A DNA stretch of 61,548 nt, filler included. It is 10 parts of 10 records of this genome, joined end to end, with 100 filler letters (N's around TTAATTAATTAA, not from the genome) between each part and the next. Parts side by side here need not be neighbours in the genome. Positions count along the whole stretch, not along the records: positions 29,558 to 35,386 come from SRR7504441_15306; positions 35,487 to 38,995 come from SRR7504441_15309; positions 39,096 to 43,015 come from SRR7504441_15339; positions 43,116 to 56,633 come from SRR7504441_15340; 6 more parts are not named here. One strand, 5' to 3'. Below the pieces are notes generated by a model. That model did not search any database. It had not been told where the DNA came from and saw only the letters and a list, made by a program, of their open reading frames with translations. Made by a program: the position numbers and the translations under genes. Positions 32,628 through 43,434 of this stretch are shown here, piece by piece. Positions within the stretch are counted from its first letter, which is position 1. Each line of letters begins with the position of its first letter.

Positions 32628-34205
32628 ATGTCGTGGGCGGAGAGCCCGGACGAGGAGTGCACCGAGGAGTGGGAGGAGTGGCAGGTGACAGCCGCCCCCA
32701 CCCCCAAACTGCCCAAGGTGCGCGGTGGCTACACTTTCACCGCCGAGCTGGGCGAGGGCGCCACCTCTCGGGTTTACGCGGCCACCAGCCCCGACGGCGA
32801 CCCGGTGGCGGTCAAAGTGGTCTCTCACCTGAAGCGGCGGGAACCGGCTCGGGTGACCCGGGGCAAGGTGCAGCAGGAGGTGCAGCTCCAGCGCGAGGCC
32901 AGCGGGCACCCGAACGTGCTGCGGCTCTGCGACTTCTTTCAACTCGACAGCACCGCCAAACTCTACTTGGTGCTCGATCGGGCCGGCAAGCCGATCAGCG
33001 AGTACGCCCCGGTGGCACCGGACGGGGCGCGAGCGGCCACCCGTCAGCTGCTCGACGGTTTGTCGCACATCCATCGGCTCGGGATCATTCACAGGGATAT
33101 TAAGCCGGAGAACCTGCTGATCTCAGTAGATCCGACCAGCCAGGCCCTCCCGCCTGATGCGCTCAAGATCTCTGACTTCGGCTCGGCTCAGCGCGAGAGC
33201 GATTTCATCGCGAGCAGTGCGGGCACAGCCATGTTCCTGGCGCCGGAGTTGGCGCTGGGAGGGCCGGCGGCCCCGGGCTGCGGCCAGAGGGTGGACGTGT
33301 GGGCGGCCGGGCTGTCCGTATACTACATCACCACCAAGCAGCTCCCGTTCAACGCCACCAGCCTGGACCAGCTCTTCAGCAAGATCGCGCTGAGCGAGCC
33401 GCCGCCTACTAACCGCAACTTGGCAAAGTGCGGCCCTGGGATCATGCACCTGCTCCAGAAAATGCTGGTGATCGACCCTCGAGGCCGCGCCTCGGCCGAG
33501 CAGTGCCTGCAGCACTTCTGGCTGGATACTAGCCGCGCGCCACCGGCAATGTACTGGCGATTCCGAGGGATGAGGCCAGTTCAGCGCCGCCAATCAAAGG
33601 ATGCAAGAGGACAGGCCCTGCTAGAGACGCTGGCCGCCACTCAGGCCGAGCGCCAGACCAACAGCAGCCAGGGCTTCTGGTACGACTGTGCAGAAGGGGA
33701 CGAACTCGACTGGTACAGTGACGAGTCTGATGGCCCGCCAGGGCTGCCACTCCAACGGACACAATCCGAGATCTTAAGGAGGCCGGCCTGGCAGCCCGAG
33801 GCCCGCCCGGTCTTCCAAGTGCGGTCGGTGCCTGAAGGCCTGGACCGGATGGACTGTATGGCCGAACGGCCTCGCAGGCGGGCATACAGGCGGCGGGCGG
33901 CCAGCAGCGTGGGAATGGCCCACAGTCTTCAACAGGACCTGCTGCAGATAGAACTGGCCACCAGCCCGCAGCTGAAGCCTCTCGAGGCGCTGTTCGCTCC
34001 TGAGCGGCGGCTGATGGGCCCGCGCGTGACTTCGGTCCCTCTGAACCTGGACGAGATGGGCCGTCATGAACCCGACCTGTGGCCCAAGCAGCGCCGGAAC
34101 AAGCGGCGGGTGCGCAGCGCTATGGTGCTCAGTGCGCTCCACGAGGATCTGACGCGGGTGAGCTTTGCCGTGCCCGAGGTGAGGTACCTGACCAGGCCGA
34201 ACTAA
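32628..34205 (+). CDS. Ser/Thr protein kinase, LKB1/STK11- or CAMKK-like
   Basis: LGEG, VAVK, KLYLV, HRDIKPENLL, LKISDFG, GTAMFLAPE, VDVWAAGLSVYYITT..LPF. Confidence 0.9.
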   Translation: MSWAESPDEECTEEWEEWQVTAAPTPKLPKVRGGYTFTAELGEGATSRVYAATSPDGDPVAVKVVSHLKRREPARVTRGKVQQEVQLQREASGHPNVLRLCDFFQLDSTAKLYLVLDRAGKPISEYAPVAPDGARAATRQLLDGLSHIHRLGIIHRDIKPENLLISVDPTSQALPPDALKISDFGSAQRESDFIASSAGTAMFLAPELALGGPAAPGCGQRVDVWAAGLSVYYITTKQLPFNATSLDQLFSKIALSEPPPTNRNLAKCGPGIMHLLQKMLVIDPRGRASAEQCLQHFWLDTSRAPPAMYWRFRGMRPVQRRQSKDARGQALLETLAATQAERQTNSSQGFWYDCAEGDELDWYSDESDGPPGLPLQRTQSEILRRPAWQPEARPVFQVRSVPEGLDRMDCMAERPRRRAYRRRAASSVGMAHSLQQDLLQIELATSPQLKPLEALFAPERRLMGPRVTSVPLNLDEMGRHEPDLWPKQRRNKRRVRSAMVLSALHEDLTRVSFAVPEVRYLTRPN

Positions 34206-34310
34206 TACGATTAGATCTAACCCTAACTTTAAGCACGGCGTCCGTCCGTGCAATAACTAAATAACAACTAAATGGCACATCAATTAAATGGCACTCGTGA
34301 TAAGCAAACT

Positions 34311-35168
34311 TTAGTCTCCCGGCACATTGCCGCGCTCATCTGAAGGACTACATGTAATGCTCGTAATGCTCACATCTAGCGGCCATTGAATACTATGCAG
34401 CGCCTTAGCCAGCCGCCGGTACTCCTCCAGCCGCTCTTCCTCGGGGATCACCGCCCGCCCGCTCGGAGATGTGCAAACCCACACAGCGCAGCGGCCACTG
34501 TCATAAGGCCAGCCCGGCGGCAGCAGCTCCTGCTGGCCTGCCTTCACCCGTTTGAGTGGAGGGTCAAACAGGTGACCGAACTGGCGCTTGCCCACGAACA
34601 GCACCAGCCGCGGCGGAGCCCCGGCCCGGCGCGCGTGCCCGGCCAGCCGTCTGTAGAACTCGGGCCGGGCCCGGAGCATCTGGCGGCGCCCGAACTGCTG
34701 GGCGTCGCTCCCCGGCACCTGCACCCAGCTCTGGCAAGACGGGCCACCGAGGGCCACCGTGAGCACGTCGGTTATGCCGATCCCGAGCTCGCCGGCCATC
34801 AGGTTGGCGATTTGGTGCCGATCGGCCTGGGGTCGCCAATCGGGTGGGAGCAGCCCGGCTGCGCGGATTGTGGGCCAGAATCGGTTGGAAGGGTTGGAGT
34901 AGGAGGTGCCCGAGGCCCAGCTGTGCTCAGAAGGGTTGTGTCCAACCAGCAGCAGCCGGAGGGGCAGCTCTGGGGCTTCGGCCGGCCGCTTGGCCTCGAA
35001 TTCGACGCCGGAGACTGTGGTGAACCTCTCGCGCCACCCGGTCTCCGGCGAAACGAAAGCGCCGCGGACCGGGCTGGCGGGCCTGGGCCGCTTGGCTGGC
35101 CTGGCCTGGCTGGGCTCCTGGGCCGACCCGGCCTCACGCGGGCAGCGGAAGGCCTCCCAGTCGATCAT
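34311..35168 (-). CDS. MUG/TDG-family DNA glycosylase (in-frame intron 34719-34757)
   Basis: LLVGHNPS, YSNPSNRFW, GIGITD, FVGK, TSPSGR. Confidence 0.88.
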   Translation of the reverse strand: MIDWEAFRCPREAGSAQEPSQARPAKRPRPASPVRGAFVSPETGWRERFTTVSGVEFEAKRPAEAPELPLRLLLVGHNPSEHSWASGTSYSNPSNRFWPTIRAAGLLPPDWRPQADRHQIANLMAGELGIGITDVLTVALGGPSCQSWVQVPGSDAQQFGRRQMLRARPEFYRRLAGHARRAGAPPRLVLFVGKRQFGHLFDPPLKRVKAGQQELLPPGWPYDSGRCAVWVCTSPSGRAVIPEEERLEEYRRLAKALHSIQWPLDVSITSITCSPSDERGNVPGD

Positions 35169-35314
35169 CAGCCCTTGGCTTCAAGTCCGTTATCCCAACT
35201 CTCATATCACCACGAATCAAAAACAATCATGGTCCATGCACGCACCCCGAAACTACCCCGAAACGGAAGAGCCCCGGCGGCTCGCGGGTGGTGCTCCGGT
35301 GGCCCAAGGGCCCG

Positions 35315-35386
35315 GTGGGCCGACTTCCGACGGAGATTTTGCTCAATCTGTTCAAGTTCTTCGACGTCCGCCAGCGCTGCCTCCTC
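35315..35386 (+). CDS. F-box-like fragment at contig end
   Basis: Frame reads VGRLPTEILLNLFKFFDVRQRCLL; start codon not located. Confidence 0.35.
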
Positions 35387-35486
35387 NNNNNNNNNNNNNN
35401 NNNNNNNNNNNNNNNNNNNNNNNNNNNNNNTTAATTAATTAANNNNNNNNNNNNNNNNNNNNNNNNNNNNNNNNNNNNNNNNNNNN
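35387..35486. other. Artificial contig linker
   Basis: N/TTAATTAATTAA/N. Confidence 0.99.
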
Positions 35487-36786
35487 TGTGGGGCCCTATG
35501 ATGATTCTGGAGAGGAGGACTTCACTGAGCAACTGCGCGATGCCTTGATGACGTCTGACAAGCAGCGGGGAGTGGCCATGCAGGAACTCCGAGCGATCAG
35601 ATCAAGACTTGGGGAGTTGGAGCAGCTTATCAGCCAGACTGACCAGAGGCGGTGCCTATCACTAGCTCGGGCCTGATCTTGAGACCGGTGCTGGCAGGGG
35701 CAGTCTGCAGCAAGCTAAGATGATGAAGGTCGCGTGCATCATCATGGGAGAAAAGGGGCGAGTGAAGCAGTGTGTTGATAAGTGGATGCGGGCTGCACTA
35801 AACAGCAGGGCCTTACAACTGGAGTCTGAAGCTTCTCAAACAAGCGAAGAGAAGGATCGGCTAGTGGTTAGCTTGGAAAAGCAGTTGACCGAAGCTAGAC
35901 AAGAAATTGAGAGGAGAGATCAGCAACTGGTTGTTCTTCAAGAGGAGCTTGTCAAAGCAGAGAATAGCTATACAGAAGCCAATGATAAGGCCTTGGAAGA
36001 CGCCGAGTCCCGCTGCAATGAGGCTAAGGTAGAAACAGGCGAGCTCAAAGAGGAAATCGCGGCCACCAACGAAAGCTTCAGCAACTTCAAAACCGCGCTG
36101 AAGCAAGCTATGCTCAAACGAATCATACGGGTCTTGTCCGGTGGAGCAGCCGAGTGTTTCAAAGTTTGGATGCAAAGAGCTATGCCCAAACGAGCTAGGG
36201 GTTCAAAGCAGGATGACCAATCTAAGGCATTATGGAAGTGGCAAAGCATACTCGAACGGTACACATTGCATGCTGCCACTTGCACCGACTCTTGCCGAAC
36301 AGGTGGTCGAGAGAAGTGCTCTTTTCGTGTGTACATGGGTTCAGGGAAAAGTCGAGGGAAGCGGAGGCCGTCAAGACCGCTGTCCGTTGGGCCGCAATGT
36401 CCAGGGAGCGCACGGCATGGCTTCCTTCACGCAAATCTGACTTTTCGGGTGCAGGAGAAGAGATATAAGACCAAAGGGGCTACTGGGCTGCTCAAAACTG
36501 CGCGGAGGATGATAAACAGGTTTTCGGGCGGGGTTCAGCATAGCATGGTATGCAGCGCCGCTGGGTGATCGATTTATGGTTGGGTTTGCAGTTAATGAGC
36601 TGGATACGGAACATGCATGAGGCGCAGCGCGAGATCATCGACCGAGTCACCGCCAGAATTGCCAAGAGTGGCGGGAGTGACCCCAGTGATGAGTCAAAGA
36701 AGCCTCTTGTTGAGGCAAAAACATCGGAGAAGCCGGCTCCAAAGCCAGCTTCCAGATCTTCTCGGAAAACATTTTTTTCAAAGTAG
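35487..36786 (+). CDS. Coiled-coil protein, 5'-truncated, multi-exon
   Basis: Heptad-rich ORFs linked by short GT-AG introns, ending SRKTFFSK*. Confidence 0.65.
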
Positions 36787-36966
36787 GCCAATGAATATAT
36801 GAATTTTTCATGCACATAAGATTATCCGTATTAAAAATAATTTTAATCGATTCCAAGGCCCATGCATCATGGATTGGTACATGACATCGTACGAGTACAT
36901 ACTGAGTGTATACGTACCGGTAGTCAGTGCCGTGTAGTGTAAGAGTAGTATCGTAGTGTGCAAGTG

Positions 36967-38083
36967 TCACGATTCGACATCGTGTGTGCGGCAGAACCGG
37001 CATTCCCTAAAGCCATTGGCGTTAAACCGCCCACACGAAGCACAGCGCATCGGCGATCCGGGCTCTATATGGCTAGACCGCGGGCTGCTCTCTTTGGCTG
37101 GGCTCGGTATCACGCGGTCCAGTTTGACGCCCAGTGTATCGGCGTCTATCCTCTCTAGCATCTCTGCTGCGATTGCTAGCGTCTCTTCGGCGTCCAGCGA
37201 GCGGCTGAACCCGTTGAACGCGGCCACCAGCTCCCCCAGCTCCCCTCCAGTGTCGATCACCCGCTGCTTGTGCTGCACGACCATCGCCGCGACCAGCAGC
37301 GGCTCTAGCGGCTGCTTCGAGGCCCAGCAGGCCTCCCACATCCGAGCTGCGGCCTGCCAGTCGTCGGCTTCCCTGGTGAGCAGCAGCATCACGCCCGGGA
37401 CGGCGAAGACCCAGTTCTGGTGTGCGGGTCCGGCTGTGCAGAGCACCGCGTGCAGCTCCGGCTCGGCCTGCTGGAGCACCCGGCCCACTCTGTGCACCGC
37501 CTCCCACAGCCCTGCCCCCGACTCCCCACCAGCCAGCCGGCCGGCACACCCGCCGGGAAATCCCAAAAGTGCGGCAGCCGCCTGAGGGCAGCCTCAAAGC
37601 ACCAGAACGCCAGCGCCGGCCGGCCCGGCAGCGCCCGGAGCAGCACGGCGGCCATATCGTTCATCCCCTGGAAGTAGCCCGGACCCCCGTCCAGCTCCAC
37701 CAGCGCCAGCAGCAGCGGCTCCACCCCCTCCTGCCCCGCCGTCCGCCCGGCCCGGCCCGCCGCCCACCGGCCCGCCCGCCGTCCGGGGCAGGTCGCTCCG
37801 CACAGTCCGGCGGTCGGCCGCGATCCGGTCCTGCCCGGCTGGTGAGCGACGCGGCGGGGCGGCGCACGCTGCTCGGGGGCCCCCGGCTGCGCTCGAGCAG
37901 CGCTTGGTACTGGATGGACAGCTCGGGGCCCGGCCGCACTCGGAGCAGCCACGGCCAGACTGCCGGCCGGGCGGAGGGCTCCACGCCGGCCGCCAGTACG
38001 CGGGCCAGCGCAGCCGCCGGCAGGTCCGCCGCTGTCACAGGGAGCGGCCGCTCCGGGGCCACCGCCGAGCGGCAGCAGCGCAT
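36967..38083 (-). CDS. TBC-domain RabGAP with a C-terminal RanBP2-like zinc finger (3 introns)
   Basis: RPAVWPWLL, SDLPRT (Arg finger), GYFQGMNDM (Gln finger), AFWCF; MRCASCGRFNANGFRECRFC. Confidence 0.85.
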
Positions 38084-38188
38084 CCCCCCCGCCTTCACAA
38101 CTGGTCACCCGCTATTTTTGTACCCTCGATCACACTTGCGACACGAACTGACTGGCGAGATTTCGTTTTCAAGCAGCTGCGTGCAGAA

Positions 38189-38635
38189 ATGTCGATCAGG
38201 CCGCTGCGTCGGGACCAGATGATCCCGGTGGCGAGCAAGCAGCGGCGACCCATGTCCAGCCAGGCGCGCAACGCGCAGCCCCGAGCCACCGCCCGCCGGA
38301 CCAGCCCGAGCCGACCGCGAGTGCTGCCGGCAACGGTCCCAGTGGTGACGGCGGGCGGGTGCATTCAGATGGCCCCCCCCGGATGCGTGCCATACAGATG
38401 GCCAGCTGCACGGCCAGTGCCGTTGCACCCGGTGGTCGAGCAGCAGCGGGAGGTGGCGCTGATGAGCCACGCGCACAAGATGGCCGAGCTCGAGTCAGGG
38501 CACCGGCTGGTGGCGCACCAGCTGGCGCTCGAGGAGGCCAGGCTGATGCGCGGGCCGGCCGATCTGAGCGGCTCGCGCTCGGTGGGCCTGACCGAGAACA
38601 CAGAATACGTGTTTGGCAAGATGGCCGCCGACTGA
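38189..38635 (+). CDS. Uncharacterised small protein
   Basis: 148-aa ORF with a short coiled coil, head-to-head with the TBC gene. Confidence 0.55.
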   Translation: MSIRPLRRDQMIPVASKQRRPMSSQARNAQPRATARRTSPSRPRVLPATVPVVTAGGCIQMAPPGCVPYRWPAARPVPLHPVVEQQREVALMSHAHKMAELESGHRLVAHQLALEEARLMRGPADLSGSRSVGLTENTEYVFGKMAAD

Positions 38636-38995
38636 TAGGAGGCAGCGCCGGGCGCCTGGGCGCCTAGTTTAGTACTAGGGACCTACGAGTAGTTTGAGAG
38701 TGTATAATATAGATGGAGCGCCCTAGTGCCCTACGATTATCAGCTTGGGTGGTGAGATACCCAACCGTACAGCACTTGGTGCGTGCGCAGAACGCTCTCG
38801 GACGGGGAATCGGCATTCTCGATTCCGATCCCCACCAATTGGCACACCTGCGCATAGCTCAGCCGCCCGCACCGGCCCCTCGCACCAGCTCCACCAGCCC
38901 CGGCTCAGCCTTCTCTTTGAACCGCTCGAACCGGCTGCGAGCCTCCGCTCCGACTGCCGCATCCAGCGGTGGCCCGGGCGCCAGTGCTGTCTGGT

Positions 38996-39095
38996 NNNNN
39001 NNNNNNNNNNNNNNNNNNNNNNNNNNNNNNNNNNNNNNNTTAATTAATTAANNNNNNNNNNNNNNNNNNNNNNNNNNNNNNNNNNNNNNNNNNNN
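38996..39095. other. Artificial contig linker
   Basis: N/TTAATTAATTAA/N. Confidence 0.99.
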
Positions 39096-39254
39096 ATCGA
39101 TCCCTGAATCTCTTGTTTTAAAACTGGATTCTCGCTCCATGCATCATTGCTCGCTCGCATCGCGAGCACGGGCACACTACCTGGTACCTGGTAGCTAAGA
39201 CTAGTTTTTGGGAAATTCGCTAGGGCCTATCATCAGTCAGTGGGACACATCGCG

Positions 39255-42200
39255 ATGAATCGTGACCCGCGCCGGAGGAAGTTGCCCGGGGCTGAACGAA
39301 GTTCGGCGCTCGAAAAGCATGCGGACTCGACGGATTTGGTCTCAGAGTTGATTTCGGCTGGACAGCAGGGGCAGATCATTTCGGAGTTCGCATCTCTCTT
39401 CGCCACTCAGAAGTCCTCAGCCCAGGACCTGGCCAAGCGCGGGCTCAAGCCGGTCTCGCCCGGACCTGCCAGATCCCAGCTGCTGCATGCTGCGGCACCG
39501 AAGCACTCCGCCGAGTTCGTATCGCTGGCTCAAGTGAAGCGGGATCGCCGAACCATCGAGGAGATGCAAGTTGACCTTAAGCGCGACCTGATTGAACCGA
39601 GCGAGGTACCTTACAGTGGCGCTCCGCTAGTAAAATAAGGTACAGGCGAAATCTGGACGACCCGTACAGCAGCTCGCTGCCGAACCTACATCGCACAGGA
39701 AGCGACCCCTACCGTCGCCCGCGCTGGACCCACCCCAACCCAAACTAAGCCGAGCGCTGAGGAGTGCGGAAGAGATGCCAATTCAGCAGCTGAGCCACTT
39801 CGATGGCCCGATGCCCAAGACGGAAGCAGATTTCTTGTTGCAGCTTGCACGTGCACACCCGAGCTTCCCATCAGCAATCAGCCAGCCTCGTGCTGTGATC
39901 GCACAAACCGGCGCTCCACTCAAATATCGTGAGATGTACCGCTTGGTGCTGATGCAATACGGTGGCTTCGACAAGGTGACGTATCATCTCCCTCCTGCTG
40001 TGACTGGCCGTGGCAGACGTGCGAGGCCAGGGCCTGGGAGCAGATTGGCCAGGCTCTCGGAGTGCAGGAGGCTCGCCTGCTCTACCAAGAGCACATTTTG
40101 CCGTGACTTTTCCCACTGCTGCTGCCTGAAATTTGTGTGACAGATTCGAGCGGATCCGTGCTAAATTGCAGAGGCAGAAGCAGCAAAGGATAAAAGACCA
40201 GCAAGATCGTGCGGCCGGGGCAGCAAGAGTAACCAGCATTTCTGAACCTGAATCCAGGTGATTCACAGGGAGCCTGGCTAGTGAACTGCTGCGCAGTGTG
40301 GTGCTCGATAAAGTGTTAGCTGGTCTGCTTGCACTGCTGCAGCACTCACAGCTGCCATCGAGCTTTCTGACGCAGTTCGAAAAGTTGATTCAGGACTGCC
40401 AACCATTGTCAAGCACATGTGCCACTCGTAACATGCTGAATCAGCTAAGCCAGGTGGCCTGTTGAGAGCGCTTTGGCAATGCGCTGAATTGCTCCCTGTG
40501 CAGCTGGCAGCAAATAGGCTGATGACACCGGCTTGCAAGGGCGGTGAATGTGATCATACATTCACGAGGAAGCCGTTCGTCTCCTGCCACCCCGAGGTGC
40601 CCCAGGTGGCGTCTGGCCCTGCACTGGCGGCCACGGATCCACGGCTGCTCGAAGCAGATCAAAATATTGAGACAGTACCACCGTTCACACCAACTGAGGA
40701 GGAGTTTGCAGATCCAATCAGATACTTGGAAACAATTTTGGCCCAGATCCAGCAGAAAGGGATGGCACTGATCGAGCCGCCAGCCTCGTGGCATGCCGCT
40801 CGCAAATGTGAAAGTGCTGATCCGAACCAATACTTTTTCTCCAAGGTGCAAACGTTGGCACATGCGCAGCGCGACGATGGTGGAGACCCCGGATTTAGCG
40901 TTGATCCTGCAAACAGGTACAACCTCCGGGAGTGGCAGAACTTTGCAGAACAGTGGAAGCAAACAAGGTTCCCAGAGTGCACTTCGATAGGAAATGAGGA
41001 TCCAATGATGATGGAGTCTCAATTTTGGAAGGCAATGACCCGAAAAGACAAGCTTCGAACTAGATACTGCTCAGACGTGGAGGGCCGGCTTGTGAGCAAC
41101 AGCCCGTGGTCGGCTACTGAGATTGCGCAACTAGATGGTACAGCCCTTTCAGTGATACCACACGAAATAGAAGGAGTGACCACCCCATACTTGTACATAG
41201 GGATGTGTGCGTCTTTCTTCTGCTGGCACACAGAGGACAACGACCTGTACTCTATCAACTACCTGCATCAAGGTGACTCTGGTGTGACAGGGCATGTTTC
41301 ATGTTTGTGGCTCTAGGTGCCTGTAAAACCTGGTATGGAGTTCCACCACAGTACCAGCCTCAAATGGATGCCCAGTTCAAGTCTGAATTCCCCAAGCATG
41401 CTGCCCAATTTGAAGATATCTGCTATAGAAAATGTTTCATGATGCATCCTTCCTCGCTCATGGCAGCTGAAATTCCAGGTTGATATCTAGAGCCACTTTG
41501 ACCTTCATTTGCCGTGCTGTGTGCAGTGTTTCGGCACATCCAGCGTCCTGGCCAGATTGCCATAACTGTCCCAGGTGGGTGATGCATTGCTTCCCAGACT
41601 TTGATCGAGTGCAGGTGGATATCATGCTGGATTCTCACATGGTTTTACACTGGCGGAATCTTCAAACTTTGGTTTGCGAGATTGGTTGCCATTCGGCTCA
41701 ATATCAGCTGAAAAGTACCGTTGGGGATGCTGGGAGACTCTGATAGAGATGGATGAACTGCTATGGAATCTGGTTGACCGCTATGAAGATCATCCTGGGC
41801 ACAGCCAGCTCGCAGCTGACGCTGCGCTCCAGCTCTCTCGTAGAGTCAAACGGTGACGAGCTATGAATATGTGACCGGCCTTAGATTTTGTGCTTGTGCA
41901 AGGGAGATATACGAGAGACGATCCATTGAACAGAGTATCAGTCAGATCAAAGATCCGGCTGTGACTGCTGAGCAGTGCTGTGAGCTGCAGGGCAGCCGCT
42001 GCCATATCTGCAGGTAGGACTGTGCTCAGTGCTGTGACACTGACTAGTGTGTGCTGTCAGGCATCCTTGTTTCTTCTCTCTGGTCACCCGAGTAGGCGGT
42101 TCCGAGACCAGATCTGCCGAGGAACAGGAGGATGAGGCACCCGTGGCATGCTTGGCTCACTGTGAGCTGTTGCCGGGTCCTGGTAAGCTCACCTTGTGGC

Positions 42201-42628
42201 TGTGGCATTCAAACCATGAGCTGGAGCAATGGCTAGAGAAGCACAAATCTGATATTGAACCTCTTCCCTCATTACTTGACTACGAGCTTGATCCCAGCTG
42301 TCGTCGAGCTGAGGCTTGTTGCAAAAAGCCACGGCAGCATGGGGTGAGGCGGCGTGCTGATAAGCAAGGAGCCAGACCACCGAAGCAGCAACAATTGCTG
42401 GATCAATGGTGGGAGCAGCACGTCGACGATAAAGATTACTCTAGGACATATATCTCTAAGGAGACAAAGGCCGCCCTGGCCAAGCAAGTCGGCTTACCAG
42501 ATTGCAAGCTTGATTACTGGTGAGGCAATGCGTGAATCTTATTGACTTGCTAACTCTCTGTCAGGTTATGGGGTAAGCGCAAGAAGCTCAAAGCAAATGG
42601 TGGCCATGGTATCGCTCCACCGAAATGA
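39255..42628 (+). CDS. KDM5/JARID-like histone demethylase: ARID-JmjN-JmjC-degenerate C5HC2-homeodomain-like (about 11 introns)
   Basis: ARID (MYRLVLMQYGGFDK..WEQIGQALG..LYQEHILPFE), JmjN (PPFTPTEEEFADPIRYL), JmjC (GVTTPYLYIGM..FCWHTEDNDLYSINYLH..KTWYGVP..YHAGFSHG), CHIC..CLAH. Confidence 0.9.
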
Positions 42629-42722
42629 TGTCTAATAGTAGTCTAATAGGTTTGCTGTAGGTTTGTTGTATCAATTATAGTACTCGTACGTACTTGTAAT
42701 CATCCCTTTCAAAGCCCCGTGG

Positions 42723-42910
42723 TCCAAGAATGATCCTTGTTCATTCTACAAGAAGTCGACAGGACACAGAGTGGTACATGTACTACATGTGGACGATATG
42801 CTTTGCAGAGGGTCTCAGGAAGCCAGTGTGGAGTTTTATGAGAAGCTGGGAGCTGTTGAAGGGGTATTAGGTAGATTTTAGGTAGATTTCAGTGCAAGGC
42901 TCCTGAGGTC
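42723..42910 (+). mobile_element. Degenerate Ty1/copia reverse transcriptase remnant
   Basis: Translates SKNDPCSFYKKSTGHRVVHVLHVDDMLCRGSQEASVEFYEKLGA, then after a roughly 29-nt interruption RFQCKAPE; fits the copia DPC..YVDD..G..F..L..F..K pattern. Confidence 0.75.
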
Positions 42911-43015
42911 GATACTTCACGTTGGCGACGCGGCTAACAAGCCAACTGTATATAGGTATATAACGAATAAACGTAGTAAAGGATTTGTGGCTGAGCATGG
43001 TTAAAAAGTCGGTTT

Positions 43016-43115
43016 NNNNNNNNNNNNNNNNNNNNNNNNNNNNNNNNNNNNNNNNNNNNTTAATTAATTAANNNNNNNNNNNNNNNNNNNNNNNNNNNNN
43101 NNNNNNNNNNNNNNN
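43016..43115. other. Artificial contig linker
   Basis: N/TTAATTAATTAA/N. Confidence 0.99.
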
Positions 43116-43434
43116 GTTTCTTCAGAAAACTCAACTTAAGAACCTAGACTCTACAATCGTACTTGTAAAATTAATACTGGTAGTCTGGTACAATCGTAGG
43201 GGTCCCTAGTACGTGGTAGGTCGAAACGAAGACAGTCATACGACTGTTACGACTGTACCGGCATAGTCTCAATGTCAGTAGATCTAGCGTCATGTATACC
43301 GACCACGGTAAAGTTACTAAAGTAGTAAAGCCGTAAAGCCAATGACATTGTATTTGTTATAAAAATGGTCGCGAGGCTAGCGTTGGATCAGATTGCAGGT
43401 AAGCATCATCCCCGGTGTGAGTCACAGTTCACAT

